A stretch of 64,000 bases of DNA, taken from Nitrospinaceae bacterium UBA7883 (GTDB taxonomy: Bacteria > Nitrospinota_A > UBA7883). Below, piece after piece: positions 30,472 through 40,263 of the stretch (positions within the stretch are counted from its first letter, which is position 1; every line of letters begins with the position of its first letter). A program made the translations under genes and the position numbers. The DNA is taken from positions 3,313-67,312 of the forward strand of contig DLRR01000002.1 of NCBI GenBank assembly GCA_002500605.1, read 5' to 3'. Below the pieces are notes generated by a model. It saw only the letters and a list, made by a program, of their open reading frames with translations. It was not told where the DNA came from and ran no database searches.

Positions 30472-31344
30472 TTAGGGTTTGTAGGCATCAATAATCTTGT
30501 TTAAATCGTAATTATCTGATGCTTCTGCCTTCTCTCGAATATCGGCAAGGCGCTCGGTCAAAGTGGGTGATTGTATTTGATACAATAACCCGACCGGTGT
30601 TTTGCCCTGCTTTGACCTTAATGCGATTTCCAAGGCTGAATTTAGATCTTTTGTGTTATGACCTTCCGGTATCTCTTCAATGTTCTCTTTGTAATAGTCG
30701 AAAGTATTGAATTTATTAAAGGTTGGGCAAGGACTAATTATGTTTACAAAAGAAAAACCCTTATGTTGTATTGCCTTAGTAACAAGCTCTTGTACTAGCT
30801 TAGGCTTTGAACTATATGCTTGCGCAACAAAAGTTGCACCATAGGTCAGAACAAAAGCCAGTGGGTTTACTGGGTTATCCGGAACACCATACGGAGTGGT
30901 GGTCGTAACCATTCCTTGTACACTGGTAGGAGAAACTTGTCCTTTTGTAAGGCCATAGATAGCGTTATCCATTATAACGTAAGTAATATCAGTATTTTTC
31001 CGAACCACATGAGCTACATGACCGCCACCAATGGAAAATCCATCACCATCACCACCAAGGCAAATAACCTCAAGTTCTGGGCGAGCCATTTTTAGTCCTG
31101 CAGCCACGGGTAATGCTCTACCGTGTGCAGTGTGCATTCCATATGTTTTGACAAAATAAGGAAAACGGGAAGAACATCCGATGCCCGAAACAAGCGCTGT
31201 CTCAAAAATGTCAAGCTCGAGTTCGGCAAAAGACTTTAAAACGGCATTCAACACACCATAATCACCACAACCAGGACACCATGTCGGTGGAACAACGCTC
31301 TTGTAATCTTTGGCCTTCATGGGCGCTTCCTTAATATCCATCAT
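30472..31344 (-). CDS. korB: 2-oxoglutarate:ferredoxin oxidoreductase beta subunit
   Basis: WCPGCGD, SGIGCS, HGR, GGDGDG TPP motif, YGLTKGQ.SPT, SPCPTF. Confidence 0.92.
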   Translation of the reverse strand: MMDIKEAPMKAKDYKSVVPPTWCPGCGDYGVLNAVLKSFAELELDIFETALVSGIGCSSRFPYFVKTYGMHTAHGRALPVAAGLKMARPELEVICLGGDGDGFSIGGGHVAHVVRKNTDITYVIMDNAIYGLTKGQVSPTSVQGMVTTTTPYGVPDNPVNPLAFVLTYGATFVAQAYSSKPKLVQELVTKAIQHKGFSFVNIISPCPTFNKFNTFDYYKENIEEIPEGHNTKDLNSALEIALRSKQGKTPVGLLYQIQSPTLTERLADIREKAEASDNYDLNKIIDAYKP

Positions 31345-33077
31345 AGTACCTCCATTATCTTGTCTGCTATCATTTTTGGAGTAAAGGGCAACCCACCATA
31401 AATGTTGTAGCTAATTGGATCCATGTCTGTTTCAGACCTCAAAAGTGCTGCAAGCTGCGCCTGTTTGTTGATTTCTGTTACAAGGATTTTCTTATGCTTG
31501 GCTGCGAAATCATTTAATGCTTTTTTTGGCATAGGCCATACTAATTTTGGATAAATGGCCGAAACTTTTAAGCCATCTTCACGAGCAAGAGCTAGTGCTT
31601 CACGAAGAGTGCCTATGGTAGAACCCCATGCCACTACTCCAAGTTCGGCATCCTCATCAATGTCTACCTCTGTTGGCGTAAAAAAGTCCTCTAAATCATC
31701 AAGCTTATTAAAACGTTTATCAAGCATAACGGTGTGGTTATCTGGGGTATATCGTGGGGCCGAGCTTTCGCCGTGCTCAAGACCAGTAGAAATATATGCC
31801 CCGTCAGGTTGGCCTGGAGTAGACATCGGCGATATTCCGGACTTAGTCAGTTTATATCGCATAAACGACTCACTACCATTGGAACTTGGATCGTAAGTAT
31901 CTCTATTAATGGTTTTGATTTTAGATGGGTCTGGTTTTTTCATTGAAGCAGTCCTGAACCCAAGAGAACCGTCAGAAAGCAACAATACAGGAACCTGATA
32001 TTTTTCAGCAATATTGAAAGCGTCAACAGTCATATATACGCAATCTTCAATTCCCTCAGGGCTTAGTACAACTCTAGAACCATCACCATGCCCACCATGG
32101 GCAGCAAGGAACAAATCTGATTGCTCATGCTTGGTTGGAAGTCCTGTTGATGGTCCTCCGCGCTGTACATCACATATGACTACAGGTACTTCCATCATGG
32201 TAGACATGCCAATTAACTCCTGCATTAGAGATAACCCTGGGCCAGATGTTGCTGTCATCGACTTAAGACCACCATAAGAAGCACCAATAACATTTGCTAA
32301 AGAGGCTATTTCGTCCTCTGCCTGAACAAGGTTTCCGTTAACTTTAGGTAGATTAATCGATAGGAAGTTTGCTACCTCAGTGGCTGGTGTAATTGGGTAA
32401 GCACTGAAATATTTACATCCAGCAAGTAGAGCTCCTAGGCCAACAGCGTAATTACCACTAATGATAATTACATCATCTTTTGGAGTTCCAGGTTCCATGT
32501 TAAAAGAGTCTTCTTTTTTAATATTTTCCCTAATGTAGGTTTGCCCAGCTTCAAGTGCCTTAAAGTTTACATCTACGACTTCCTGTCCTTTCTTGCCAAA
32601 CTTTTCCACTACGGTCTCCTTAAGGGATTCCATGGAGATAGAAAATAAATCAGCCACTGCCCCGAGGCAAACCATATTCTTGGAGCGGTAAACTCCAAGT
32701 TCTGTTTTGGCTATTTTACTCATTGGAACCGGGTAGCAGTGTACACCAGGTATATTCACTTCTTCCTCTATGTCACCACCTGGGTAGTCATAAATTAGAG
32801 CATTACCTTCTTGCAGATACTTTCTATTTACATCCAGAGATTCCTTGTTGAAACAGCAGAGAACGTTAAACCCACTTCCCTCTGAAAGGATTCTACTTTT
32901 TGAAAAGCGTATTTGATACATGGCGTATCCGCCTCTAATTTCTGCTGGAAAAGTCTTAAAGGTTAGAACCTCAAGACCGGAACGAGCGGCAGCTTGAGCA
33001 ATCATGTCTCCCGAAGAGATAATTCCTTCACCACCCTCACCACCAATGCGTATTATTAAGTCTTTAGCTAGTGCCAC
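31341..33077 (-). CDS. korA: 2-oxoglutarate:ferredoxin oxidoreductase alpha subunit (gamma+alpha fusion)
   Basis: GGEGGEGIISSG, PAEIRGG, YPITPA, QAEDE, TSGPG, QRGGPSTGLPTK; adjacent to sucCD. Confidence 0.92.
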   Translation of the reverse strand: MALAKDLIIRIGGEGGEGIISSGDMIAQAAARSGLEVLTFKTFPAEIRGGYAMYQIRFSKSRILSEGSGFNVLCCFNKESLDVNRKYLQEGNALIYDYPGGDIEEEVNIPGVHCYPVPMSKIAKTELGVYRSKNMVCLGAVADLFSISMESLKETVVEKFGKKGQEVVDVNFKALEAGQTYIRENIKKEDSFNMEPGTPKDDVIIISGNYAVGLGALLAGCKYFSAYPITPATEVANFLSINLPKVNGNLVQAEDEIASLANVIGASYGGLKSMTATSGPGLSLMQELIGMSTMMEVPVVICDVQRGGPSTGLPTKHEQSDLFLAAHGGHGDGSRVVLSPEGIEDCVYMTVDAFNIAEKYQVPVLLLSDGSLGFRTASMKKPDPSKIKTINRDTYDPSSNGSESFMRYKLTKSGISPMSTPGQPDGAYISTGLEHGESSAPRYTPDNHTVMLDKRFNKLDDLEDFFTPTEVDIDEDAELGVVAWGSTIGTLREALALAREDGLKVSAIYPKLVWPMPKKALNDFAAKHKKILVTEINKQAQLAALLRSETDMDPISYNIYGGLPFTPKMIADKIMEVL

Positions 33078-33360
33078 CTTTCTATCACCTCATATAATCA
33101 TAATTCTGTTATTCTATACGATCAGAAACAATTTATTCAGCTGCTGTACTTGCCATTCACTTTACCGTGGGCTTTGCCAACCAAAGAATTTCCCAATCAA
33201 AATTCCTAGACAAAAGGCAATTTCAGCAAAACGCTTAGTTTAATAGAACTAGGAGCTATCCTCAAACATCTTTTTTACATAAAACAAAAAAGATTGATGG
33301 AAAAACCCCGCGTAAGATCAAAATACCACCTCAATGCCAACTCTCCAGGCATAATCTGGC

Positions 33361-33382
33361 TTGCTAAAATATATTTTAGCAA
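33361..33382. promoter_or_regulatory. Perfect 22-bp palindrome between sucD and korA (candidate operator or hairpin)
   Basis: TTGCTAAAATA/TATTTTAGCAA. Confidence 0.35.
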
Positions 33383-33456
33383 TAAATATGGCTTTGGGTA
33401 GCCAATGATGAGAAAGGAGCATTAGCCATCGAACAATTCAGAGTAAGAATACTTGC

Positions 33457-34323
33457 TTATACAACCCCTTTAATTGCACTTCCTAGGTCTGCTGGTGACT
33501 GAACAACGATTATACCACTTTCAGCCATGGCTTTCATCTTTTCATCAGCGGTTCCTTTACCGCCAGAGATAATGGCACCTGCGTGGCCCATACGCCTACC
33601 AGCCGGTGCCGTCTGTCCGGCAATAAAGCCTACAACTGGCTTATTAATATTATCTTCGATGAACTTAGCAGCATCTTCTTCAGCCGAACCTCCAATCTCG
33701 CCAATCATGCAGATAACTTCCGTTTGGTCATCATCATTAAATAATTTTATTGCATCAATAAAGCTAGTCCCGTTGACTGGGTCACCGCCTATTCCTATTA
33801 CCGTGCTTTGCCCTATCCCAAGAACTCCCAATTGACCTACAGTTTCGTAGGTGAGCGTTCCTGATCGTGAAACAACGCCAACATTCCCCGGTTTGTGTAT
33901 ATGACCAGGCATAATGCCTATTTTCGCTTGCCCGGGAGTAATAACACCAGGACAGTTAGGGCCTATCAGACGTGTACACTTGTCCTTTAAATAACGTTTG
34001 ATTTTTATCATATCAAGAACAGGTATTCCTTCAGTAATGCAAACAACTAGTTTGATGCCAGCCTCTGCAGCTTCAAAAATGGCATCCGCCGCAAATGGAG
34101 GAGGAACAAAAATCATGGTTGCATCGGCATCCGTAGCATCTACAGCATTTTTTACCGTATTAAACACAGGTATGCCTTCAACATTTTGCCCCTCCTTGCC
34201 CGGGGTTACACCCCCAACCACATTCGTCCCATAATCGCGACAGCTAAGGGCATGGAATGATCCTTCCTTACCTGTTATTCCTTGTACAATCAGTTTTGTG
34301 TCATTGCTGACGAGGACACTCAT
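33457..34323 (-). CDS. sucD: Succinyl-CoA synthetase alpha subunit
   Basis: [33 protein letters not shown] phospho-His. Confidence 0.97.
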   Translation of the reverse strand: MSVLVSNDTKLIVQGITGKEGSFHALSCRDYGTNVVGGVTPGKEGQNVEGIPVFNTVKNAVDATDADATMIFVPPPFAADAIFEAAEAGIKLVVCITEGIPVLDMIKIKRYLKDKCTRLIGPNCPGVITPGQAKIGIMPGHIHKPGNVGVVSRSGTLTYETVGQLGVLGIGQSTVIGIGGDPVNGTSFIDAIKLFNDDDQTEVICMIGEIGGSAEEDAAKFIEDNINKPVVGFIAGQTAPAGRRMGHAGAIISGGKGTADEKMKAMAESGIIVVQSPADLGSAIKGVV

Positions 34324-34417
34324 TCTTTCCGATCCTTTTTTTTACTGGGTCGGCCTTGCCTACCACATATTCCCAGGTTTGATTATTGTATAAAAATAAA
34401 CCGTATAACTTTAGCTT

Positions 34418-35578
34418 CTAGCTAAGCGCTGCAACGACCTTTTCAGCGCCATCCCGCATACCACTTGCGATGGTAAAATCAAATCCACTTTCTTCTAGTA
34501 TGCGATTTCCATCTTCAACGTTTGTACCCTCCATGCGAATTACTACAGGAACCATAACTTTTTGCTTTCTAGCCGCGTTAACAACTCCAGTCGCAAGACG
34601 ATCACAACGCAATATACCGCCGAAAATGTTGATAAAAATCCCTTTGACATTATCGTCAGCAAGGATAATTCGAAAAGCATTTTCAATCTGCTCTTCACTT
34701 GCACCTCCACCAACATCTAAAAAGTTCGCCGGTTCCCCGCCAGATAACTTGATGATATCCATAGTTGCCATTGCTAACCCGGCACCATTAACCATACATC
34801 CAATATTGCCATCAAGCTTAATATAGTTTAGATCATACCTGCTAGCCTCAATCTCCAGTTCTTCTTCTTCATGCAGATCACGATATTCAACAACATCTTT
34901 GTGGCGAAACATTGCGTTATCATCAAAGTTCATTTTGCAATCTAAGGCAATCACTTTGTTTTCTGTTGTAATCACAAGAGGATTAATCTCTGCTAGGGAA
35001 CAATCGTTAGCTTCAAAGGTTCTATAAAGCTTCATAATGAATGAAACTGCTTCCCTAATGCATTCGGATGGCAGGTTAAGAAAAAATGCAAGTGCGCGGG
35101 CTTGGGCAGGCATAATACCAATTACAGGGTCAACCCACTCTTTCATTATCTTTTCTGGTGTTTCCTCTGCCACTTCCTCAATCTCCATTCCACCTTCTTC
35201 GGATACCATTATGCAAGCCTTAGACTTTTCACGATCTAGCACAATCCCTATATATAGCTCACGGGAAATATCCATCCCTTCTTCAACTAGAACAGTACGT
35301 ACCACTTGCCCTTTCTCATCTGTTTGATGTGTTACAAGGGTCATCCCCATGATTGACTGAAAAGCCTTTTCAGCCTCTTCTATCGAGGTAGTTACTTTTA
35401 CTCCCCCACCCTTACCCCGACCACCAGCGTGGATTTGCGCCTTAACAACAACAGGAAGTCCAAGTTCATTTACAATGCCTTCAATGCTATTAACTTTCTC
35501 ATCAACAACGTGACCCCGTGGTATTGGAACACCAAACTGATGCAAGATCTCTTTTGCCTGAAACTCATGTATTTTCAT
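34418..35578 (-). CDS. sucC: Succinyl-CoA synthetase beta subunit
   Basis: [51 protein letters not shown]. Confidence 0.97.
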   Translation of the reverse strand: MKIHEFQAKEILHQFGVPIPRGHVVDEKVNSIEGIVNELGLPVVVKAQIHAGGRGKGGGVKVTTSIEEAEKAFQSIMGMTLVTHQTDEKGQVVRTVLVEEGMDISRELYIGIVLDREKSKACIMVSEEGGMEIEEVAEETPEKIMKEWVDPVIGIMPAQARALAFFLNLPSECIREAVSFIMKLYRTFEANDCSLAEINPLVITTENKVIALDCKMNFDDNAMFRHKDVVEYRDLHEEEELEIEASRYDLNYIKLDGNIGCMVNGAGLAMATMDIIKLSGGEPANFLDVGGGASEEQIENAFRIILADDNVKGIFINIFGGILRCDRLATGVVNAARKQKVMVPVVIRMEGTNVEDGNRILEESGFDFTIASGMRDGAEKVVAALS

Positions 35579-35983
35579 AATGATAGCGTATTATTGTGGT
35601 TCTTTTTTTGTTAGGAACTGTAACTTATAGCATAGGTTAATTAAACAGTCAAAAAATATCTAAGTGATCAACTTTAATCTTTTCCCGTCATATCCAGTTT
35701 CGAATGAACTTGTGATTGTCAGTTATCACTGTGAGTCAGTTCCTGCCGGTTACACCACACGATTTCTATATTAAGGAAACTTTAGTTACAGTCTAGTGGG
35801 TTTAATCTTCCCAGGTATGGTAAGTTCTTTACCAAATCAGAAATCCTAAATTAGTGTATTTCTTTGTTGCTGATATGAAATAAAAGAAATGGCACCCATA
35901 AAGGTTAATCTCACCACCATAACTAGTATTGTTTTAACAACTGCCAATAAACGCCCATGTGCTCCATGGCCGAATAAAACCAT

Positions 35984-36000
35984 TTGGCATAATATTTGCG
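35984..36000 (+). promoter_or_regulatory. Putative sigma54 (-24/-12) promoter of the cox operon
   Basis: TTGGCATAATATTTGCG, near-consensus TGGCAC-N5-TTGC, about 180 nt upstream of coxC. Confidence 0.75.
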
Positions 36001-36178
36001 AATTATCACCAAACGAATGGGAAAAATAACTCTAGACTATTTCTAACAAATGTTTTAAGTTTGACGAGCTTTTCGTGTTGCTAACGCTGCGGGGCAATAA
36101 GGTATTACATTTGCTTCACTTTGGGCATGCACAGATAACAGTTTCTCGTATTAAATGTTATTTATTGGAGCATTTGAA

Positions 36179-36928
36179 ATGGCGCAATCTCACGTTGAAC
36201 ACCATTGGGAATACAGTTACTACCCATTGATACTAGCTGCTGGAATCTTTTTTGCGGTGCCATTGGCGTTCGCTTCGATGTTTCAATATGAAAATGGATT
36301 AATGGCTGCAATCTTCGCCGGTATCGGTGTTCCACTGATAGTTATTGGCATTGCTGGGTGGACGGCAGAAGGCATCTCTGACAAACAAGGACAAGGATAT
36401 GCGGTTAGTGGCATACCCATTTTCATAGTGTCAGAGGCGATGATATTCCTTTGTCTTTTTATATCTTATTGGATGCTTCGTCTTAGTGCTCCAGAATGGC
36501 CACCTGAAGGGTCACCTGAGATTGGCGTTGGACTCCCAATCATTATGACATTTGTTCTGGTGGCTTCTTCGTTCACCTATCATTTTGGTGAGATAAAAAT
36601 GGAAGCTGAAGATGGATCAGGGTTTATAAAATGGCTAATTATATCAATGGTGCTGGGCACAGTTTTTTTATTGATGACTGGGTATGAATATAACCATTTA
36701 TTAAGTCAGGGCTTTGGGTGGGGCACTAACGCAAAAAGTACTGCATTCTACTCCATAACCGGGTTTCACGCATCCCATGTGTTAGTCGGGTTATGTATTT
36801 TCCTTACTGTTTTAATTCCTGCATTTGCTGGGAATATAAATCAAACGTTTGTCAAATCAGCTGGGATTTACTGGCATTTTGTGGACATAGTGTGGTTCTT
36901 TGTCGTAAGCCAAATTTATCTCTGGTAA
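36179..36928 (+). CDS. coxC: Cytochrome c oxidase subunit III
   Basis: FIVSEAMIF, WPP, LVASS, FYSITGFHASHV, YWHFVD.VW; ATG at 36179 after GGAG. Confidence 0.93.
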   Translation: MAQSHVEHHWEYSYYPLILAAGIFFAVPLAFASMFQYENGLMAAIFAGIGVPLIVIGIAGWTAEGISDKQGQGYAVSGIPIFIVSEAMIFLCLFISYWMLRLSAPEWPPEGSPEIGVGLPIIMTFVLVASSFTYHFGEIKMEAEDGSGFIKWLIISMVLGTVFLLMTGYEYNHLLSQGFGWGTNAKSTAFYSITGFHASHVLVGLCIFLTVLIPAFAGNINQTFVKSAGIYWHFVDIVWFFVVSQIYLW

Positions 36929-36947
36929 TAACTTAACTAAGGTAAAG

Positions 36948-37796
36948 ATGTTTGCCATTAGAATGTTTATAACCTCTATCCCTGTGGCTGTTGTAATAAT
37001 TGTTATAACGTGCAGGTTGGCAGAAGCATCTTACAAACCCACTGAATCAGATATAGACCCAGGGATTCTAGCCGTAGATGAAGAAAAAGCTTTAGGTTAT
37101 AGATTCAACCGGCAGACTGGATTTATCAATGATAGCGGTATGCCATTTAGGTTAGGTGACCTAAAGGGAAAATCAGCAATCTTAGTATTTTCATATTACA
37201 CTTGTGATGGAGCATGCCCTGCTTTCAACGCTGACCTGGGTCGGCTTCTACTGGCCGTAGATAGTCTTGGCAGGGTCGAGTTAGGCAAAGACTACAAGGT
37301 GGTGACTTTGTCATTCGATAAAAATGATGGGGTTAAAACCGCTAACGATTTTCGAAAGACCCTTAACTTTCCATCAAAGCTAAACGATAACTGGATTTTA
37401 GGGGTATTCGAAAAACCAGAACAAATAAAACCTTTTATGTCAGATATTAGCTATAGATTTTTTTGGTCTGCGCAAGACAATATGTTTTTACATCCCAACG
37501 CATTTTTCTTTCTTTCACCGGAGGGAAGAATTGTACGTATACTGCACAATACAACTGCAGATTCCAAAGATATGGAACTTGCCCTAGTAGACACAATGTT
37601 CAATAGACTTAAGCCTTCCCAGATTATCACTATGGCTATTAGTTTTTGCTACAGCTATAACTATAAGGAAGGTAAGTACGGATTAAATTATCCACTATTT
37701 TTCGCTATGGGTTCGTTGCTAACTGGACTGGGAGCACTTGGGATAGGTCTCTTCCACTTTATAAAAAGAGGTAAATCTAAGGAGATGTCAACATGA
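36948..37796 (+). CDS. SCO/SenC-family copper chaperone with C-terminal TM
   Basis: YYTCDGACP (CxxxC) motif, conserved His in FLHP, C-terminal FCYSY..KEGKY then TM helix. Confidence 0.88.
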   Translation: MFAIRMFITSIPVAVVIIVITCRLAEASYKPTESDIDPGILAVDEEKALGYRFNRQTGFINDSGMPFRLGDLKGKSAILVFSYYTCDGACPAFNADLGRLLLAVDSLGRVELGKDYKVVTLSFDKNDGVKTANDFRKTLNFPSKLNDNWILGVFEKPEQIKPFMSDISYRFFWSAQDNMFLHPNAFFFLSPEGRIVRILHNTTADSKDMELALVDTMFNRLKPSQIITMAISFCYSYNYKEGKYGLNYPLFFAMGSLLTGLGALGIGLFHFIKRGKSKEMST

Positions 37797-38509
37797 TAAA
37801 TCGGGTACTACTCTTAGCCGCAATCGTCGGTATTATTGTTTTCGGGGTTTTGCCCGTTGGAGCCGAAGACGAGGTGAAAAGAGCATTTACCGATCATACG
37901 GAAGAGTTTCATAAAGTGTGGGTTCATTTGTTATGGGATATTGGAATTATAGGTGGTATTTTTTTAATATTAAGCATCTATTTTATGTTTGCTTACCGCC
38001 GAAAACGGGATGACCAGATCGGTAATGGGCCTAAATTTACGACCATGGGAATGATCCTTGGTTGGGCTCTAATACCAAGCTTTATATTTATGGCTGATGA
38101 TTTTTATTTGTCTGCTCAAGGGTGGAAACTCTGGATAGACCAACGAACAGTACCAGAAAATGCCATGGAAGTAGAGGTAACAGGTCAAATGTGGGGCTGG
38201 GAATTCGAGTATGAAAACGGAGCCATATCTGATAACGATGAGGGTCTTGTCGTGCCAGAGGGAAGGCCTGTGGTTTTACGAATGAAAAGTGACGATGTCG
38301 TCCACTCCTTTTTCATCCCACGATACAGGATAAAGGAGGACCTTATGCCTGGTAGGGTAACCTACTTGTGGTTCTATCCAAAAGACAAAGGAGAACATGT
38401 TTTTACCTGCACAGAGTTCTGTGGCACAAACCATTCTGAAATGTGGGGAAAAGTTAAGGTGGTATCGCAAGAAGAATTTGATGAATGGTCTGAGAAAAAT
38501 AAAGGCTGA
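37793..38509 (+). CDS. coxB: Cytochrome c oxidase subunit II (CuA, no fused cytochrome c)
   Basis: GQMWGWEF, DVVHSFFIP, CTEFCGTNHSEM CuA motif; no CxxCH. Confidence 0.95.
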   Translation: MINRVLLLAAIVGIIVFGVLPVGAEDEVKRAFTDHTEEFHKVWVHLLWDIGIIGGIFLILSIYFMFAYRRKRDDQIGNGPKFTTMGMILGWALIPSFIFMADDFYLSAQGWKLWIDQRTVPENAMEVEVTGQMWGWEFEYENGAISDNDEGLVVPEGRPVVLRMKSDDVVHSFFIPRYRIKEDLMPGRVTYLWFYPKDKGEHVFTCTEFCGTNHSEMWGKVKVVSQEEFDEWSEKNKG

Positions 38510-38569
38510 GTTCCATATAAAACTTATAAGAAACAAAACTGTTTGATTATTGAATACAGGTAGTGAGGA

Positions 38570-40168
38570 ATGGAGATGATTAAAGAATGGCTGTTTACAA
38601 CCGATCATAAAAGGGTTGGAATCCTTTATCTCGTAGGGTCACTGGCAGCTTTTGCAGTTGCGGGAATAGTGGCGCTGCTTATTCGTTGGGAACTAACTGG
38701 CATAGGGGAAACTATAGGTGGTGTAGGCCCTGATGATTACAATTTTTGGCTGTACTTCCATGGTGCAGCAATGATTTTAGCTTTTTTAATACCAGGGCTT
38801 ACCGGGTTTTTGGCTAACTATCTGGTTCCACTAATGATTGGTGCCCACGATGTAGCATTTCCGCGTGTCAACGCATTTTCCGTATGGTTGTTCTGGTTTG
38901 CTATTGTTATAGCACTACTCTCGTTCGTAATCCCTGATCCCCCAGACATTATGTGGACTGGCTATCCTCCTTATTCCTCAGAGTTTTCACCTGGAAATAC
39001 AGCATTCTATGTTTTCACTGTGCACCTGATTGGATTTTCATCAATCCTTGGTGCAGTAAACTTCCTTTGTACGGTAATTTATATGCGCGCACCCGGCATG
39101 AAATGGAACCAGCTTAATTTTTTCGTCTGGACAATCCTAGGGGCATTTGTAATCCAGCTAATTTTTGTCCCCGTGCTGGCCTCATCAGTAACTCTACTTC
39201 TTACAGACAAATACTTTGGCACAGCATTTTTTGTCCCTGCTAATGGTGGCGATGTTCTTCTTTACCAGAACTTGTTTTGGTTTTACTCACACCCCGCTGT
39301 TTATGTCATTCTGCTTCCTGCTGTTGGTGTCATGATGGAGATCATTTCTAACATGAGCAAAAACCCAATTTTCAATTACAAAGCAGCGGTCTATGGAGGA
39401 GTATGGGGAGTAGTAGTGCTTGGATCTGATGTGTGGGTACACCATCTATACACATCCGGTTTGGCCGACTGGATAAGGATAGGGATGATGGTTACTACAC
39501 TAATAATAAGCATACCAATTGGGTTGCTAATAATTAGCCTTGTAGGAACTTTGTTCAGGGGGTCAATCAAGTATTCGACCGGCATGCTATATGCCACATC
39601 CAACTTATTTTTAATACTAGTAGGTGGGCTAACCGGGATTCCGTTAGCCATGACTTCACTCACTCTGCATCTGGCGGAAACATATTTTGTCATGGCTCAC
39701 TTCCACTTTATCATGGGAATTATGGCCACTTTTGCCGTTTTCGCAGGGATTTATCACTGGTTCCCAAAAATGACAGGGAGAATGTACAGCGAGAAGTTAG
39801 GCGTGATTGGGTTTGTGCTTAATTTTGTTGGTGTTAACCTGACTTTTTGGCCACTATTCTACATTGGCTTTCTCGGAATGCCGAGGCGCTACTACGATTA
39901 CGCAATGTTTCCTGAGTTCGAGCCGTTTCAGGTAATGGCAACCGTTGGGGCAATCGTCGTCGCTGTGAGCATGGCATTAAACTTCTACAACTGGATTGTT
40001 AGCGCCATCTTTGGTGAAAAGGCTCCAGAAAATCCATGGGGGTCAAATTCACTTGAGTGGACACATTGTCAATCACCTCCAGGACCAGGAAATTTCCCAA
40101 AACTTCCCAAAGTGAGCAGCAAGTGGCATCCCCACGAGTACAAGCCACAGGTGATTGAGTGGGTATAA
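38570..40168 (+). CDS. coxA: Heme-copper oxidase subunit I, A2-type signature, lacking K-channel residues
   Basis: TDHKRVG, FHG, DVAFPRVN, WFYSHPAVY, WVHH, AHFHF, GMPRRY. Confidence 0.96.
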   Translation: MEMIKEWLFTTDHKRVGILYLVGSLAAFAVAGIVALLIRWELTGIGETIGGVGPDDYNFWLYFHGAAMILAFLIPGLTGFLANYLVPLMIGAHDVAFPRVNAFSVWLFWFAIVIALLSFVIPDPPDIMWTGYPPYSSEFSPGNTAFYVFTVHLIGFSSILGAVNFLCTVIYMRAPGMKWNQLNFFVWTILGAFVIQLIFVPVLASSVTLLLTDKYFGTAFFVPANGGDVLLYQNLFWFYSHPAVYVILLPAVGVMMEIISNMSKNPIFNYKAAVYGGVWGVVVLGSDVWVHHLYTSGLADWIRIGMMVTTLIISIPIGLLIISLVGTLFRGSIKYSTGMLYATSNLFLILVGGLTGIPLAMTSLTLHLAETYFVMAHFHFIMGIMATFAVFAGIYHWFPKMTGRMYSEKLGVIGFVLNFVGVNLTFWPLFYIGFLGMPRRYYDYAMFPEFEPFQVMATVGAIVVAVSMALNFYNWIVSAIFGEKAPENPWGSNSLEWTHCQSPPGPGNFPKLPKVSSKWHPHEYKPQVIEWV

Positions 40169-40263
40169 AAAAGGATGGAGCCGAACCAAATAACTTTGTG
40201 GAATTTTATTTTTCAGTGCTACGTATGACTATGGATTGATTAACACAACCTGGATCGTTCTCT

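Noticed and set aside
33140-33156. Possible sigma54 box upstream of korA (minus strand TGGCAAG...GC)
   Set aside because: GG-to-GC spacing is off by one and there is no TTGC.
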